A stretch of DNA of 64,000 nt from Candidatus Binatia bacterium (GTDB lineage Bacteria > Desulfobacterota > Binatia > Bin18). A program made the translations under genes and the position numbers. Location: NCBI GenBank assembly GCA_963664395.2, contig OY761159.2, forward strand, positions 2,144,001-2,208,000. The letters are read 5' to 3'. How positions within the stretch are numbered: position 1 is the stretch's first letter; each line of letters begins with the position of its first letter. Under the pieces are notes generated by a model. It saw only the letters and a list, made by a program, of their open reading frames with translations. It was not told where the DNA came from and searched no databases. Shown piece by piece: positions 45,390 to 58,678 of this stretch.

Positions 45390-46673
45390 TCAGCCACGGA
45401 TATTTTTAAGCACCGTCCTCGCGGCACGTAGGGTTTCTTGGATTTCGTCCTCGCCATGCGCCAGGGAAATAAAGGCGGATTCGAATTGAGAGGGGGGAAG
45501 GTATATGCCCTGCTCAATCATGCCGTGAAAGTAACTGGCGAACATTTTTGTATCGCTCTGGGTTGCGGTGTCATAGTCGCGAACGTGGTCTACCCCAAAG
45601 AAAACAGTGAACATCGAACCCATTTGGTTCACACAGGCTTTTATTTCAGTCTCACGAATGACATTGCGCAGTCCCTTGGCCAGCATGTCTCCAAGCATAT
45701 TCAGCCTCTCATAGGCTCCAGCAGCGTGAACGAGCTTTAACGTCTCAATCCCAGCGGTCACCGCCAACGGATTTCCGGACAGCGTCCCTGCTTGGTAGAC
45801 CCCCCCCAATGGAGCAAGCACGTCCATTATCGCCGCCTTTCCGCCAACCGCAGCCAATGGGAGGCCACCGCCCACGACTTTCCCTAAGCAGGTGAGATCC
45901 GGATCGATGTTGTAAATCTCTTGAACGCCGCCACGTGCTACACGGCAACCGGTCATCACCTCGTCAAAGATGAGCACAACACCCAACTCCCGGGTGAGTT
46001 CTCGTAGACCTTCAAGAAAGCCTTGCTCGGGCGGCACGAGGCCCATATTTCCAGGAACAGGCTCCAGTATGACAGCCGCCACCCCCTCCGGATCAGCCTC
46101 CAGGTACGCCCGTACACTAGAGAGATCATTGTACTCCGCCACAAGCGTCAGGCTGCTAAATGCCTCGGGAACGCCTTGACTGTCCGGGGTGCTGAACGTA
46201 AGCGCACCGGACCCGGCTCTCACCAGAAGCGCATCAGTATGACCGTGATAGCAACCAGAGAACTTGATGATCTTCGCCCGGCCTGTATAGCCACGGGCGA
46301 GACGCAGGGCGGTCATGGTCGCTTCTGTACCCGAGGAGGTCAGGCGGACTTTCTCGATTGACGGAATGGTCTGAGTAAGCGTTTTTGCCAGCTCAATCTC
46401 TTTTGCGGTTGGGGCACCAAAACTGGTCCCGTTCTTCACCACCCGCTCAAGTGCACCAACAACCCGCGGATGAGCATGTCCGGCTATTAAAGGTCCCCAA
46501 GAGCCGACATAGTCTATATACTCGCGCCCATCCGCATCAGTAACGCGACACCCTTTCCCGCGGTTGATAAAAAGAGGGTCACCACCAACGGCCCGCCACG
46601 CACGAACCGGGCTGTTCACTCCACCTGGGATATATTTTTGCGCTTCATTAAAGAGTTTTTGCGATGTTGACAT
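45390..46673 (-). CDS. hemL: Glutamate-1-semialdehyde 2,1-aminomutase
   Basis: IPGGVNSPVRA, SGTEATM, FDEVMTG and LGKVVGGGLP. Confidence 0.96.
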   Translation of the reverse strand: MSTSQKLFNEAQKYIPGGVNSPVRAWRAVGGDPLFINRGKGCRVTDADGREYIDYVGSWGPLIAGHAHPRVVGALERVVKNGTSFGAPTAKEIELAKTLTQTIPSIEKVRLTSSGTEATMTALRLARGYTGRAKIIKFSGCYHGHTDALLVRAGSGALTFSTPDSQGVPEAFSSLTLVAEYNDLSSVRAYLEADPEGVAAVILEPVPGNMGLVPPEQGFLEGLRELTRELGVVLIFDEVMTGCRVARGGVQEIYNIDPDLTCLGKVVGGGLPLAAVGGKAAIMDVLAPLGGVYQAGTLSGNPLAVTAGIETLKLVHAAGAYERLNMLGDMLAKGLRNVIRETEIKACVNQMGSMFTVFFGVDHVRDYDTATQSDTKMFASYFHGMIEQGIYLPPSQFESAFISLAHGEDEIQETLRAARTVLKNIRG

Positions 46674-47194
46674 CTACATACACCCACGTATCAGTTCAGT
46701 CACTCTGGACTGTATCAAGCCAGACTTTCATTGAGATTTCCCCTGCTACCACCCGCCCACAAGAGAGTCAAGATAAAAGAGCTTTTCCATAAGAATATCG
46801 AATTTTCCCCCTCTCCCCATGTCTTCTGATAGAAATTGATAACAAAATGTGATGCCTTTACGCTTTTTTTTACGACCGACGTGTTCAGAAATAATTAAAA
46901 AAACAAATAGATACGAACCCCCTCGTTCAAGGCTATTGTTTTTCATATTATCACTTCGTGTTATGAATTGGATTTTATCTAGCGATATCCGCTGCTTTGG
47001 AAAAGTCTTGGTTTTTTTCTTGCGTTCTTTAGAGAAAAAGTTTAAGACGCAAGGGTCCTATCCATTCTGGCCTGATAAATTTTAAGCGGCACACTGATCC
47101 GGGTAGATATGGGTCTTCTTCTCGTCCCCCTGACCATATGGTTGGTGAACAGGGTTCCCCCTAGGACGGAAGGCTAGACAGGGGGACAAATGCG

Positions 47195-47272
47195 TGTGGA
47201 TAACTCCTTTGCCGACAGATATTTCCTTAGTTTACAGAGGAAGTTATCGAGTTATCCACAGATGTGGATAAC
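47195..47272. promoter_or_regulatory. DnaA boxes upstream of dnaA
   Basis: TGTGGATAA (47195), TTATCCACA (47252) and TGTGGATAA (47263). Confidence 0.85.
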
Positions 47273-47302
47273 CTCATACGTTGAGCGGTGTAGGGGTGTG
47301 GT

Positions 47303-48634
47303 ATGTATAGGGTGTGGGAACGGGTGTTGGGGATTGTTGAGGGAAAAGTAGGAAAGACGAATAGTGAAACCTGGCTCAAACCGATTCGGCCTCTTGGGCT
47401 ACAAGATGATATATTCCATCTTGAGGTACCAAGCGCGCTCTTTAAGGATTGGTTACTCAGTCATCTCGTCGGCCCTTTAGAAAACGCATTGACTGAGGTT
47501 CTTGGTCAGCCAACGCACCTCATATTGCATGTACAGGAAAAACCACAAGGAGAACTCTTCCTGGAAGAAGAGAAAAAACAAACAGCCGAGGAAAAGGGAA
47601 GAGGGGGAGGAAAGAAAAACGGACTCATCCAGAATTATACATTTTCCTCCTTTGTTGTCGGGGGCGGTAATCAGTTTGCTCATGCCGCGGCTAGGGCAGT
47701 CAGTAAACACCCAGGGAAAAGCTACAATCCGTTGTTCATTTATGGGGGAGTTGGGTTAGGAAAAACTCATCTCATCAATGCTATTGGTCATGAGACATCG
47801 GTAAGGAGGGGAGGAGACAATATTGTCTATCTTTCTTCAGAGTCCTTTACCAATGAATTGATCGTTCATATACGAAAGAACCGGATGACGGAATTTAAAA
47901 ATAAATTCCGTCGCGCAGATGTTCTTATTCTTGATGATGTGCAGTTCCTGTCTGGTCGTGAACGGACACAAGAAGAATTCTTTCATACCTTTAATTCTCT
48001 TCATGAGTCGAGTAAGCAGATTGTATTAACGTCCGATAAATTTCCAAATGAGATTGGCGGGCTAGAAGAGCGGTTACGAAACCGTTTTGAATGCGGATTG
48101 ATTGCTGACATTCAGCCACCCGACCTCGAGACGCGGGTAGCAATTCTGCAAAAGAAATCACGCGCAAAACGTATTTCCCTCCCCGACGATGTTGCCCTTT
48201 TTATTGCCTCTCATGTGACTTCAAATGTCCGAGAGCTTGAGGGAGGCCTGACGCGATTAGGCGCGCTGGCAGCCTTAAATCAGGCTGATATTACTGTCAA
48301 CTTTGCGCGACAGGCCCTCCAAAACTTAGTCACAGCTAAAGAAAAGGAAGTCTCGATTGAGACTGTACAGAAAACTGTAAGTAAGTATTTTAGTGTCAGC
48401 GTTGCTGATATTACCTCAAAAAAACGGACAAAGCTGGTTTTGTTTCCAAGACAGGTTAGTATGTTTCTCTGCCGCAAGCTCGCCGGCGCCTCCTACCCAA
48501 TGATTGGAATGCGATTTGGAGGGAAAGATCATACTACGGTTCTGCACGCCTGTAAAATAATTGAAAAGCGGTCCAAAAAGGACGAAGAGCTTCGTGATAT
48601 TATTAATAGAATAGAAATCATGATTTATGATTAG
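47303..48634 (+). CDS. dnaA: Chromosomal replication initiator DnaA
   Basis: YNPLFIYGGVGLGKTHL, DDVQFL and GGKDHTTVLHA. Confidence 0.98.
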   Translation: MYRVWERVLGIVEGKVGKTNSETWLKPIRPLGLQDDIFHLEVPSALFKDWLLSHLVGPLENALTEVLGQPTHLILHVQEKPQGELFLEEEKKQTAEEKGRGGGKKNGLIQNYTFSSFVVGGGNQFAHAAARAVSKHPGKSYNPLFIYGGVGLGKTHLINAIGHETSVRRGGDNIVYLSSESFTNELIVHIRKNRMTEFKNKFRRADVLILDDVQFLSGRERTQEEFFHTFNSLHESSKQIVLTSDKFPNEIGGLEERLRNRFECGLIADIQPPDLETRVAILQKKSRAKRISLPDDVALFIASHVTSNVRELEGGLTRLGALAALNQADITVNFARQALQNLVTAKEKEVSIETVQKTVSKYFSVSVADITSKKRTKLVLFPRQVSMFLCRKLAGASYPMIGMRFGGKDHTTVLHACKIIEKRSKKDEELRDIINRIEIMIYD

Positions 48635-48640
48635 GCTATC

Positions 48641-48925
48641 TGTGGATCTGTGGATAACCTGTGGATAACCTGTGGATAACCTGTGGATAACCTGTGGATA
48701 ACCTGTGGATAACCTGTGGATAACCTGTGGATAACCTGTGGATAACCTGTGGATAACCTGTGGAAAAGTTATCCACAGGTATAGCGAAGTTATCCACACC
48801 CCCTGTGGATAACTTTTCAAGAATAAACAGATACTTAACCCACTTATCCACATATCCACAGGCCCTACTACTACTAATATTACTCTTATATATAAATGAG
48901 TAGTAGAATAAGTAGTAGTATTAGT
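48641..48925. other. oriC: Replication origin oriC (DnaA-box array, DnaA-trios, AT-rich region)
   Basis: Ten tandem TGTGGATAA-CC units (48649-48758), further boxes at 48769, 48790, 48804 and 48844, then GGCC-CTACTACTACTA and an AT-rich tract. Confidence 0.92.
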
Positions 48926-48990
48926 GGGAAAAGTAAAAAGTGAAATAAGAGAAAAGACTATGGTTAATAAAAGGAAAAAAAGGAGGGTAT

Positions 48991-50145
48991 ATGGAATTCA
49001 GCGTCAGTAAAGAAGACCTCCTCCAGTGCCTATATCTGGTCCAAGGTGTTGTTGAAAAACGTTCCTCCCTCCCTATGCTCTCCCATGTTCTTATTGAATC
49101 TAGCCCTACAGAAGAGAAAGATGGAGGCATCTGTCTTGGAGCAACAGATCTTGAAATTGGAATCCGCCAACAATGTCAGGCAGAAGTAAAAGAGTCTGGA
49201 TCAATGACAGCGGATGCAAGAAAGCTGTACGAGATCATTCGTGAGCTGCCGTCCGGTCAAGTCCGCTTACGCTCAAGTGGAAACGGATGGGTGGAGGTCA
49301 AGAGCGGCAAGTCTCGGTTCCGGATCGCAAGTCTTGATCCCAAGGAGTTTCCCACGATAACAGCACAGAAGGAAAAGAAAGAGGAACCTCCTGCTTCATC
49401 CAACCAATTCCTCTCTTTATCTGGGCCAACCATGCGGGAGATGATCGAAAAAACCCTCTTTGCAACCTCACCGGACGAGACACGACTGAACCTCAGCGGT
49501 GTCTATCTTGAGACAGAGAAAGAGGGAAAGATTCGCATGGTCGCCAGTGATGGTCACCGCCTCTCTCTTATAGAAAAAGAAATGGACGCCTCTTCTGTAC
49601 CCGATTGGCCGAGCGTTATCCTTCCGAAAAAAGGCCTGATGGAAACACGGAAGCTTCTTGAACGGAGCGAAGGAACAATAGAGGTCTCCCTCAGCGACTC
49701 GGTGATGAACCTCAAGAAAGAAACAACGGAACTTTTTATGCGTCTGATAGAAGGGGATTTTCCTGACTACCAGCAAGTCGTTCCAAAGGATCATACGCAC
49801 CGCGTTAAATTTCTCCGAGATGATCTCCTCTTTGCGCTCCGTCGGGTTTTGATTCTGACAACAGAACGATCTCGGGGGGTGAAGTTGCAGTTCGGGAAGG
49901 ACAAGATCGATATTTCAGTCAATACTCCAGACGTTGGGGAAGGGACAGAGGAGATTACGGCTTCATACGCCGGAGATGGATTATCAATCGGGTTTAACGG
50001 AAGGTATTTGACAGAGGCATTGAATGTCATAGATGAAGGAGATTCTGTCGTCCTTCTTCTCAAAGATGAGATGAGTCCTGGGCTTCTCCAGACGGAAAAA
50101 AGCAGTGAATTTTCATATGTCATAATGCCTATGAAAATAAACTAA
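48991..50145 (+). CDS. dnaN: DNA polymerase III beta clamp
   Basis: ATDLEIGI, VASDGHRL, RLIEGDFPDY and YVIMPM. Confidence 0.97.
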   Translation: MEFSVSKEDLLQCLYLVQGVVEKRSSLPMLSHVLIESSPTEEKDGGICLGATDLEIGIRQQCQAEVKESGSMTADARKLYEIIRELPSGQVRLRSSGNGWVEVKSGKSRFRIASLDPKEFPTITAQKEKKEEPPASSNQFLSLSGPTMREMIEKTLFATSPDETRLNLSGVYLETEKEGKIRMVASDGHRLSLIEKEMDASSVPDWPSVILPKKGLMETRKLLERSEGTIEVSLSDSVMNLKKETTELFMRLIEGDFPDYQQVVPKDHTHRVKFLRDDLLFALRRVLILTTERSRGVKLQFGKDKIDISVNTPDVGEGTEEITASYAGDGLSIGFNGRYLTEALNVIDEGDSVVLLLKDEMSPGLLQTEKSSEFSYVIMPMKIN

Positions 50146-50207
50146 TAGAAAGTCGTTTTAATAGCACCCATGGTTTACGTAAGATAAAGGAAATGCTAGG
50201 GTTTTAG

Positions 50208-52655
<2,448 letters not shown>

Positions 52656-52732
52656 TTCCACTAGGCCAGTAATGCCTGTCTTGTTTTAGACCCTTACGCT
52701 CACCGCTGTCATCAAAAAGGAATCTGCTCTGT

Positions 52733-55264
52733 ATGGAAGACCATTCTGATTCCCTTCCCTCTGTCAACATTGAACAAGAGATGCGGCAGTCCTATATGGA
52801 CTACGCCATGAGTGTGATTATTGGTCGAGCACTGCCCGATGTCCGTGATGGACTGAAGCCTGTACACCGACGCGTCCTGTATGCCATGCACGACCTTGGG
52901 AATGAATGGAACCGCTCGTATAAGAAATCTGCCCGTGTTGTGGGTGACGTGATTGGGAAGTACCACCCACACGGAGATTCGGCTGTCTATGATACCCTTG
53001 TTCGCATGGCGCAGGATTTTTCGCTGCGTTACCCATTAATTGACGGTCAAGGAAACTTTGGCTCGGTTGATGGTGATCCCCCCGCTGCCATGCGGTATAC
53101 CGAAGTCCGCATGACCCGCATCACTTCTGAAGTGCTCGCCGATATTGACCGAGAGACAGTGAATTTCACACCGAATTATGACGATACAAGCCACGAACCC
53201 GCTGTTCTCCCAAGTAAACTTCCCAATCTACTCGTAAACGGCTCATCTGGAATTGCTGTGGGGATGTCAACCAACATCCCCCCTCACAACCTTGGCGAAG
53301 TGATTACTGCTCTCCTTGCTCTGATTGAGAACACGGCGCTCGAAAATCGTGATCTCATGCACTACATCCATGGTCCAGATTTTCCCACCGGAGCGTTCAT
53401 CCATGGACTATCCGGAGTACGGGACGCCTACGAAACCGGGCGAGGCATCGTTCAGATGCGGGCCCGGACAGCGATCGAGGAAGACGAGAAGACCGGAAAA
53501 AGCCGAATTATTGCGTACGAGATCCCTTACCAAGTGAATAAATCCCGCCTGATTGAGCGTATTGCTGATCTGGTGAATGAGAAGCGTATTACGGGAATCT
53601 CTGACCTGCGTGACGAGTCTGACAGAGAGGGAATGCGCATTGTTATCGAGTTGAAAAGAGATGTTGTCCCAAATGTCATTCTTAATCAGTTGTATAAAAT
53701 GACCCCCCTTCAGGATTCATTCGGGGTCATTCTTCTCGCCATTGTCGATGGCCGTCCTCGTCTCCTGACTCTCAAAGAGACACTCCTCCACTTTCTTGAA
53801 CATCGCCGAGAAGTAGTCCGACGCCGGACTGCTTTTGATCTTCGGAAAGCCGAAGAACGGCTGCACCTTCTTGAGGGGCTCAAAATCGCGCTGGATAACC
53901 TTGATCCGGTGCTCCAAACCATTCGCCAAGGGCAGAACGCGGCCGGTGTGCGACAAGCCCTTATGGGCCAATTTTCGCTGACTGAGACGCAAGCGCAGGC
54001 CATTCTTGATATGCGCTTGCAGCGACTCACGCAGCTGGAACAGGGGAAAATTCTGTCCGAGCATAGTGAAACGCGCAGTTTTATTGCTTCGTTGCAGAGT
54101 ACTCTGGCCAGTACGGAGAAGATTGACGGCGTGATCAAAGAGGAGCTGACTGATCTCCAGACCCGATTTTCTGACGAGCGGCGAACAGAGATCCTACCCG
54201 ACGGCGTAGACCTCTCGGACGAAGATTTGATTGCTGAAGAAGATGTAGTTGTGACCATATCACACGCCGGCTACATCAAAAGAATCCCAGTGACAGAATA
54301 CCGCTCGCAACGTCGGGGAGGAAAAGGGGTTGTTGGAGCAACAACCCGAGAAGAAGACTTTGTTGAGCACCTGTTCATCTCCTCTACACACGCCTTCCTG
54401 TTATTTTTCTCCTCAATTGGCAAAGTGTATTGGGTGAAAGTCCATGAACTTCCTCAAGGCAGCCGCATTGCAAAGGGAAAAGCCATAGTCAACCTGCTGC
54501 CTCTGCAAGCAGGAGAGAAAATTTCAGCCCTTCTCCCTATCCGAGAGTTCCAAGAAAACCGATTCCTTGTCTTTGCCACCCGCAAAGGACAAGTCAAGAA
54601 AACCGAGCTTATGTCGTATGCCAATCCGCGTCGTGGCGGAATCATCGCTCTTACTCTTGGGACCGATGACGAGGTTATCGGCGTCCAACTAACGGACGGT
54701 AAACAAGAGGTCCTCCTTTCGACAAAAAACGGAAAAGCGATCCGATTTACAGAAAAAGAAGTAAGAGCAACCGGGCGCGGCACATCCGGCGTCCGGGGTA
54801 TTACCCTTGAAGATGAGGATGACGTGGTCTCTCTTGAAATCCTCAATCAAGAGGCCACACTCCTCACTGTGTCATCTCAAGGGTATGGGAAGCGGAGCAG
54901 CATAGAGGAATACCGGGTGCAATCGCGCGCGGGGAAAGGAGTCAGTACAATGCGCACCACGGACAAGACCGGAGAGGTCTGTGGTGTGCGGCAGGTGAAG
55001 GAAGACGATGACTTGATGCTCGTGACGGATAGTGGCAAGATAATACGGCTTCGGGTCGCTGAGTTGCGGGTGATTGGCAGAAATACCCAAGGCGTGAAAC
55101 TCTTTAACGTTGGTGCGGATGGACACGTCTCCAGTCTCGCGCTGGTAGCAGAAGAGGAAGAAGAGGAAGTCGAAGAGGAAGTCGAAGAGGAAGTCGCGCC
55201 AAGGGGAGCCGAAAACGGAGAAGAAGTTCTCAATTCACAGAGAATAGAGGAGCAACAGCTATGA
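52733..55264 (+). CDS. gyrA: DNA gyrase subunit A
   Basis: YHPHGD, AAMRYTE, GyrA box QRRGGKG and an acidic tail. Confidence 0.98.
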   Translation: MEDHSDSLPSVNIEQEMRQSYMDYAMSVIIGRALPDVRDGLKPVHRRVLYAMHDLGNEWNRSYKKSARVVGDVIGKYHPHGDSAVYDTLVRMAQDFSLRYPLIDGQGNFGSVDGDPPAAMRYTEVRMTRITSEVLADIDRETVNFTPNYDDTSHEPAVLPSKLPNLLVNGSSGIAVGMSTNIPPHNLGEVITALLALIENTALENRDLMHYIHGPDFPTGAFIHGLSGVRDAYETGRGIVQMRARTAIEEDEKTGKSRIIAYEIPYQVNKSRLIERIADLVNEKRITGISDLRDESDREGMRIVIELKRDVVPNVILNQLYKMTPLQDSFGVILLAIVDGRPRLLTLKETLLHFLEHRREVVRRRTAFDLRKAEERLHLLEGLKIALDNLDPVLQTIRQGQNAAGVRQALMGQFSLTETQAQAILDMRLQRLTQLEQGKILSEHSETRSFIASLQSTLASTEKIDGVIKEELTDLQTRFSDERRTEILPDGVDLSDEDLIAEEDVVVTISHAGYIKRIPVTEYRSQRRGGKGVVGATTREEDFVEHLFISSTHAFLLFFSSIGKVYWVKVHELPQGSRIAKGKAIVNLLPLQAGEKISALLPIREFQENRFLVFATRKGQVKKTELMSYANPRRGGIIALTLGTDDEVIGVQLTDGKQEVLLSTKNGKAIRFTEKEVRATGRGTSGVRGITLEDEDDVVSLEILNQEATLLTVSSQGYGKRSSIEEYRVQSRAGKGVSTMRTTDKTGEVCGVRQVKEDDDLMLVTDSGKIIRLRVAELRVIGRNTQGVKLFNVGADGHVSSLALVAEEEEEEVEEEVEEEVAPRGAENGEEVLNSQRIEEQQL

Positions 55265-55731
55265 GCATTCAGGTGGGCCAAACGGCACCGGATTTCACCC
55301 TCAAGACAAACAAGATGCAGGATTTTGCACTCAACGAGGCAAAGGGGAAGAAGAATACCGTCATCCTTTTTGTTCCTTTTGCCTTTACAGGTGGTTGAAC
55401 GAAGGAATTGTGCTCGGTTCGAGACAATATCAACACGTTGCAGAATGACGAGACCCAGGTTGTGGCCATTAGTGTGGATAGCCCTTTCTCGCTTGACGCC
55501 TGGGCGGCGAAGGAAGGCTATGATTTTCCACTGCTGAGTGACTTTAATAAGGAAGTTTCTCAAGCGTACGGGTCGTTCTATGAAAACCTGCTTGTTTTCA
55601 ACGGCGTCTCTAAACGTTCGGCCTTTGTCGTGGATAAGAGCGGGACAGTCCAGTACGCCTGGATTACAGAAGATGCCAGCCAGCTTCCTGAACTTGCTCC
55701 CATACGAGACTGTTTACAGCATTGTGGATAA
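55261..55731 (+). CDS. Peroxiredoxin with in-frame TGA at the peroxidatic position (probable selenoprotein)
   Basis: [14 protein letters not shown]...FVPFAFTGG[TGA]TKELC...AISVDS...LLSDFN...RSAFVVD. Confidence 0.85.
55407..55428 (+). promoter_or_regulatory. Candidate bacterial SECIS hairpin
   Basis: ATTGT-G-CTCG-GTT-CGAG-ACAAT, beginning 8 nt after the TGA. Confidence 0.6.
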
Positions 55732-55767
55732 GGCGGTATAGCGTTCCGAGAACTGTAAGGGCGGGGC

Positions 55768-56022
55768 TCACTCCGCCCTTACTTTCCCCCCTTTTCCCTG
55801 TATCGCGAGGAGGAGAAGGAGAGTGAGGGCCCAGACGCCAAAAAGCAGCCCGCCGATGACCCAGGGATAGTGTGAGCGCGCACTTTTCTTGGCAATGAGG
55901 CCGCAGGCAATTCCGTCAAAAAAGTGAATAAAGAGCGCAGTCCCGGCAAGAGTGGAAAAGTCCATTGTCTTGTCGAGGAAACGTAAGCCGGTGAAATACC
56001 CAAGAAGAACTTCGAAATCCAC
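55768..56022 (-). CDS. Small membrane hypothetical protein
   Basis: IAKKSARS..PWVIGGLLFGVWAL, a two-TM pattern. Confidence 0.65.
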   Translation of the reverse strand: MDFEVLLGYFTGLRFLDKTMDFSTLAGTALFIHFFDGIACGLIAKKSARSHYPWVIGGLLFGVWALTLLLLLAIQGKGGKVRAE

Positions 56023-56145
56023 ACTATCTCCCCCAGAAGTATCGAGAATCCCAAATTTAATCAGAAAGTTATTCTCTATATTTCTGCATTCCTGACAACA
56101 TTGTTATAGTCTGATTTTCCTCAGCGGAAAACCTTCCTTAGGGCC

Positions 56146-56484
56146 ATGGACGAAGAGAGAACTGTTTTCGAGAAGCTGTACGAGGCAAATAGAGAGAACT
56201 TTACCAACCTTGTAAAGGACCTCTTTGCACAGGTTCCTATGCACGACGTTATGGAGGAGACGTTGCGGAACGCGACACAAGCGAAAGAAGAAGTCGCCCA
56301 AAATATGGAGGCGTTACTCTCCCTTCTGAATATGCCCTCCAAAACAGACTACGAGCATTTGCTTGAAAAGATCGAAGAAGTCCAAGGCAGCCTTCTCAAT
56401 ATCAATATGAAACTCGATCGTGTACTCGCGAAAAAAGACAAGAAGCGCCGGCAGCCTGCCAACAAAAAAAAGGCCAAAAAATAA
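56146..56484 (+). CDS. Hypothetical coiled-coil protein (phasin-like) with Lys-rich tail
   Basis: LNMPSKTD..L..KIEE motif. Confidence 0.6.
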   Translation: MDEERTVFEKLYEANRENFTNLVKDLFAQVPMHDVMEETLRNATQAKEEVAQNMEALLSLLNMPSKTDYEHLLEKIEEVQGSLLNINMKLDRVLAKKDKKRRQPANKKKAKK

Positions 56485-56523
56485 GAAAGGTTTCAGTCAC
56501 CGCGTGACGGTGACTATTCAGTA

Positions 56524-57216
56524 ATGGCATCGCCTATTCGTACCTGGCCCGAATCTGACCGACCGCGCGAGAAGCTCATTGAGCACGGTTCGGCAACCCT
56601 CTCCAAAGCAGAACTCCTCGCCATCATCCTCCGCACTGGTGACGCAAGTTCGGGCCAGAGTGCGCTCGATCACGGCCGCACCCTTGTCTCCCGTTTTGGC
56701 GACTCATTCCGAAAACTGGAAGAGGCGAGCATAGCCGAACTGTGTGAGGTCAAAGGGATAGGGCCGGCAAAGGCCGCCCAGATAAAAGCCTCCTTGGAGA
56801 TTGCTAAGCGTTTCTCACAAGAAGAAATTCGGCGTGGGGCGTCTTTCCGTTCCAGTGCGGAAGTCTTCAATCACTACCGTGAACAACTCGGCAGCCTCAA
56901 AAAAGAAGAGTTTCACGTACTCCTACTGGACGCCAAGAACAGAAAACTCAAAGACGTGCGTATCTCGGAGGGGTCTTTGACCTCTTCCTTAGTACATCCC
57001 CGCGAGGTCTTTCAGCCCATCATCCGCGAGTCAGCCGCCGCGGCTATCCTGGTGCATAACCACCCCAGTGGCGACCCCATGCCGAGCCAGGAAGACCTCC
57101 AGATCACGCAACGTCTCAGAGAGGTTGGGGAGGTCATGGGCGTCCACATCCTGGACCATCTTATTATTGGCAAAGGTCGCTATATCAGCTTTGTCGACGA
57201 CGGGTACTGGGATTAG
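56524..57216 (+). CDS. radC: RadC/JAB-domain protein
   Basis: DRPREKL, GIGPAKA, VHPREVF, HNHPSGDP and LDHLII. Confidence 0.95.
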   Translation: MASPIRTWPESDRPREKLIEHGSATLSKAELLAIILRTGDASSGQSALDHGRTLVSRFGDSFRKLEEASIAELCEVKGIGPAKAAQIKASLEIAKRFSQEEIRRGASFRSSAEVFNHYREQLGSLKKEEFHVLLLDAKNRKLKDVRISEGSLTSSLVHPREVFQPIIRESAAAAILVHNHPSGDPMPSQEDLQITQRLREVGEVMGVHILDHLIIGKGRYISFVDDGYWD

Positions 57217-57235
57217 GGGGCAAGAAGTCGAAACA

Positions 57236-58081
57236 ATGGGACTCAATCGGGACCTGCTTGGCAAAGAGTACGACCCACAGGAGTATGTTGTCAGCGCTGC
57301 GGCAACCACGGCATACGCGCGTGCGTATAATGAGGATAACGTCTGGTTTTTTGATGCAGACAAACCCGGCGGCGTTCTTGCACCACCGCTGTTTGGCGCG
57401 GCCGCAAGCTGGCTCTCGCTGATAATGGTTGTGACCGACGCTGAGCTGAATGTCGATGTCTTACGTTTGGTTCACAGCCAGCAAGATATGCGTTTTTTCC
57501 ATCCTATTGTTCCTGGAGACATCGTCACCAGTACGGCGAAAATTGTAGCAATAGAGGAGCAGCGGGGGGGCGAGTCTCTCGCCATTGATCTCCACTGTCG
57601 CAATCAGACAGGCGAGATCGTCCAGCACATCACGTTTACCGCCTTTATTCGAGGACAAGGACGCCGCCAACGTAGGGTAGCACCAACCGCTGGGACTCCC
57701 GATCGTGAACCTCTGCATCGTGTATCCCAGACCATCGACGCGGCTCAAACAGTGCGCTATGCGGAAGCATCCGGCGACCGCAATCCCATTCATGTGGACG
57801 AGAATGTTGCCAGGCTGGCAGGACTGCCAGGCATTGTCGTCCACGGCCTGTGCACGATGGCGTTTGCCTCAAAAGCGATTATTGACAGCGTATGTGAAAG
57901 GGACCCGCGCCGGCTCAGGCGTCTTAGCGCCGGGTTCGCCCGGCCGGTACTTCCCGGGCAGACGATCACGACAAGTATATGGCCGGATGAGAATTCCGGG
58001 ACGTATCGGTATGAGACCGCTAATTCCGATGGCCGGGCCGTGATACAGCCCGGCTACGCTGAGATTGCGCAGGTCGTGTAG
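57236..58081 (+). CDS. Double hot-dog MaoC-family dehydratase
   Basis: YAEASGDRNPIH, VVHGLCTM and FARPVLPG. Confidence 0.88.
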   Translation: MGLNRDLLGKEYDPQEYVVSAAATTAYARAYNEDNVWFFDADKPGGVLAPPLFGAAASWLSLIMVVTDAELNVDVLRLVHSQQDMRFFHPIVPGDIVTSTAKIVAIEEQRGGESLAIDLHCRNQTGEIVQHITFTAFIRGQGRRQRRVAPTAGTPDREPLHRVSQTIDAAQTVRYAEASGDRNPIHVDENVARLAGLPGIVVHGLCTMAFASKAIIDSVCERDPRRLRRLSAGFARPVLPGQTITTSIWPDENSGTYRYETANSDGRAVIQPGYAEIAQVV

Positions 58082-58109
58082 TAGGGGCTGGTTTCAAACC
58101 CGTCCCTAT
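58081..58109 (+). repeat. GTAG-type REP-like palindrome (second family)
   Basis: GTAGGGGCTGGTTTCAAACCCGTCCCTA, related to 63089-63116. Confidence 0.7.
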
Positions 58110-58546
58110 TAGAACGGCACGTCATCATCCGGAGGGACTGAGCCCGCCCCAGCATCATCAAACCCGCCCCCCGGTTCATCATCTAACGACTGGCCCGAAC
58201 GTGTGCCCCCGCCGTCACGGCTGCCGAGGAACGTCACTTGCTGAGCGTTGATCTCAGTGAAATAGCGTTCCTTCCCTTCTCTATCCTCAAACTTCCGCGT
58301 CTGGATACGCCCCTCGATATAGACCTGCCGGCCTTTGGACAGATATTGTCCGCACGTCTCGGCCTGCTTGCCCCAGACCACGATGTTGTGCCACTCCGTG
58401 CGTTCCTGACGGCCATTTTCCCGGTCCATCCACGTATCTGTCGTGGCAACAGAAAATCGTGCCATGGCCTGTCCACTTTGCGTAAAGCGCACCTCCGGGT
58501 CTTTCCCAAGATTCCCAACAATAATCGCTTTGTTCACCGAAGCCAT
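58109..58546 (-). CDS. ssb: Single-stranded DNA-binding protein
   Basis: MASVNKAIIVGNLGKDPE, TEWH and a DDDVPF tail. Confidence 0.97.
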   Translation of the reverse strand: MASVNKAIIVGNLGKDPEVRFTQSGQAMARFSVATTDTWMDRENGRQERTEWHNIVVWGKQAETCGQYLSKGRQVYIEGRIQTRKFEDREGKERYFTEINAQQVTFLGSRDGGGTRSGQSLDDEPGGGFDDAGAGSVPPDDDVPF

Positions 58547-58678
58547 GGCGGTATCCTCCCTGGCGGACAACCTACCAACCTCGTTTTTTGAAGTCAATCA
58601 GATTGCCTGAGGCGGGCAGTGGGGATTGTTGCTCTTCTCTGGCTCGCCTATATTCGTTCAGGTCTGCATGAGGAAAAT

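Noticed and set aside
48416-48859. Minus-strand ORFs with repeated peptide (GYPQVIHRLST), or a possible CRISPR array
   Set aside because: They are translations of the tandem DnaA-box array; there are no spacers and no cas genes.
56524-57216. radC as a marker of a mobile element
   Set aside because: It is the full-length chromosomal type among housekeeping genes, with no mobility genes nearby.
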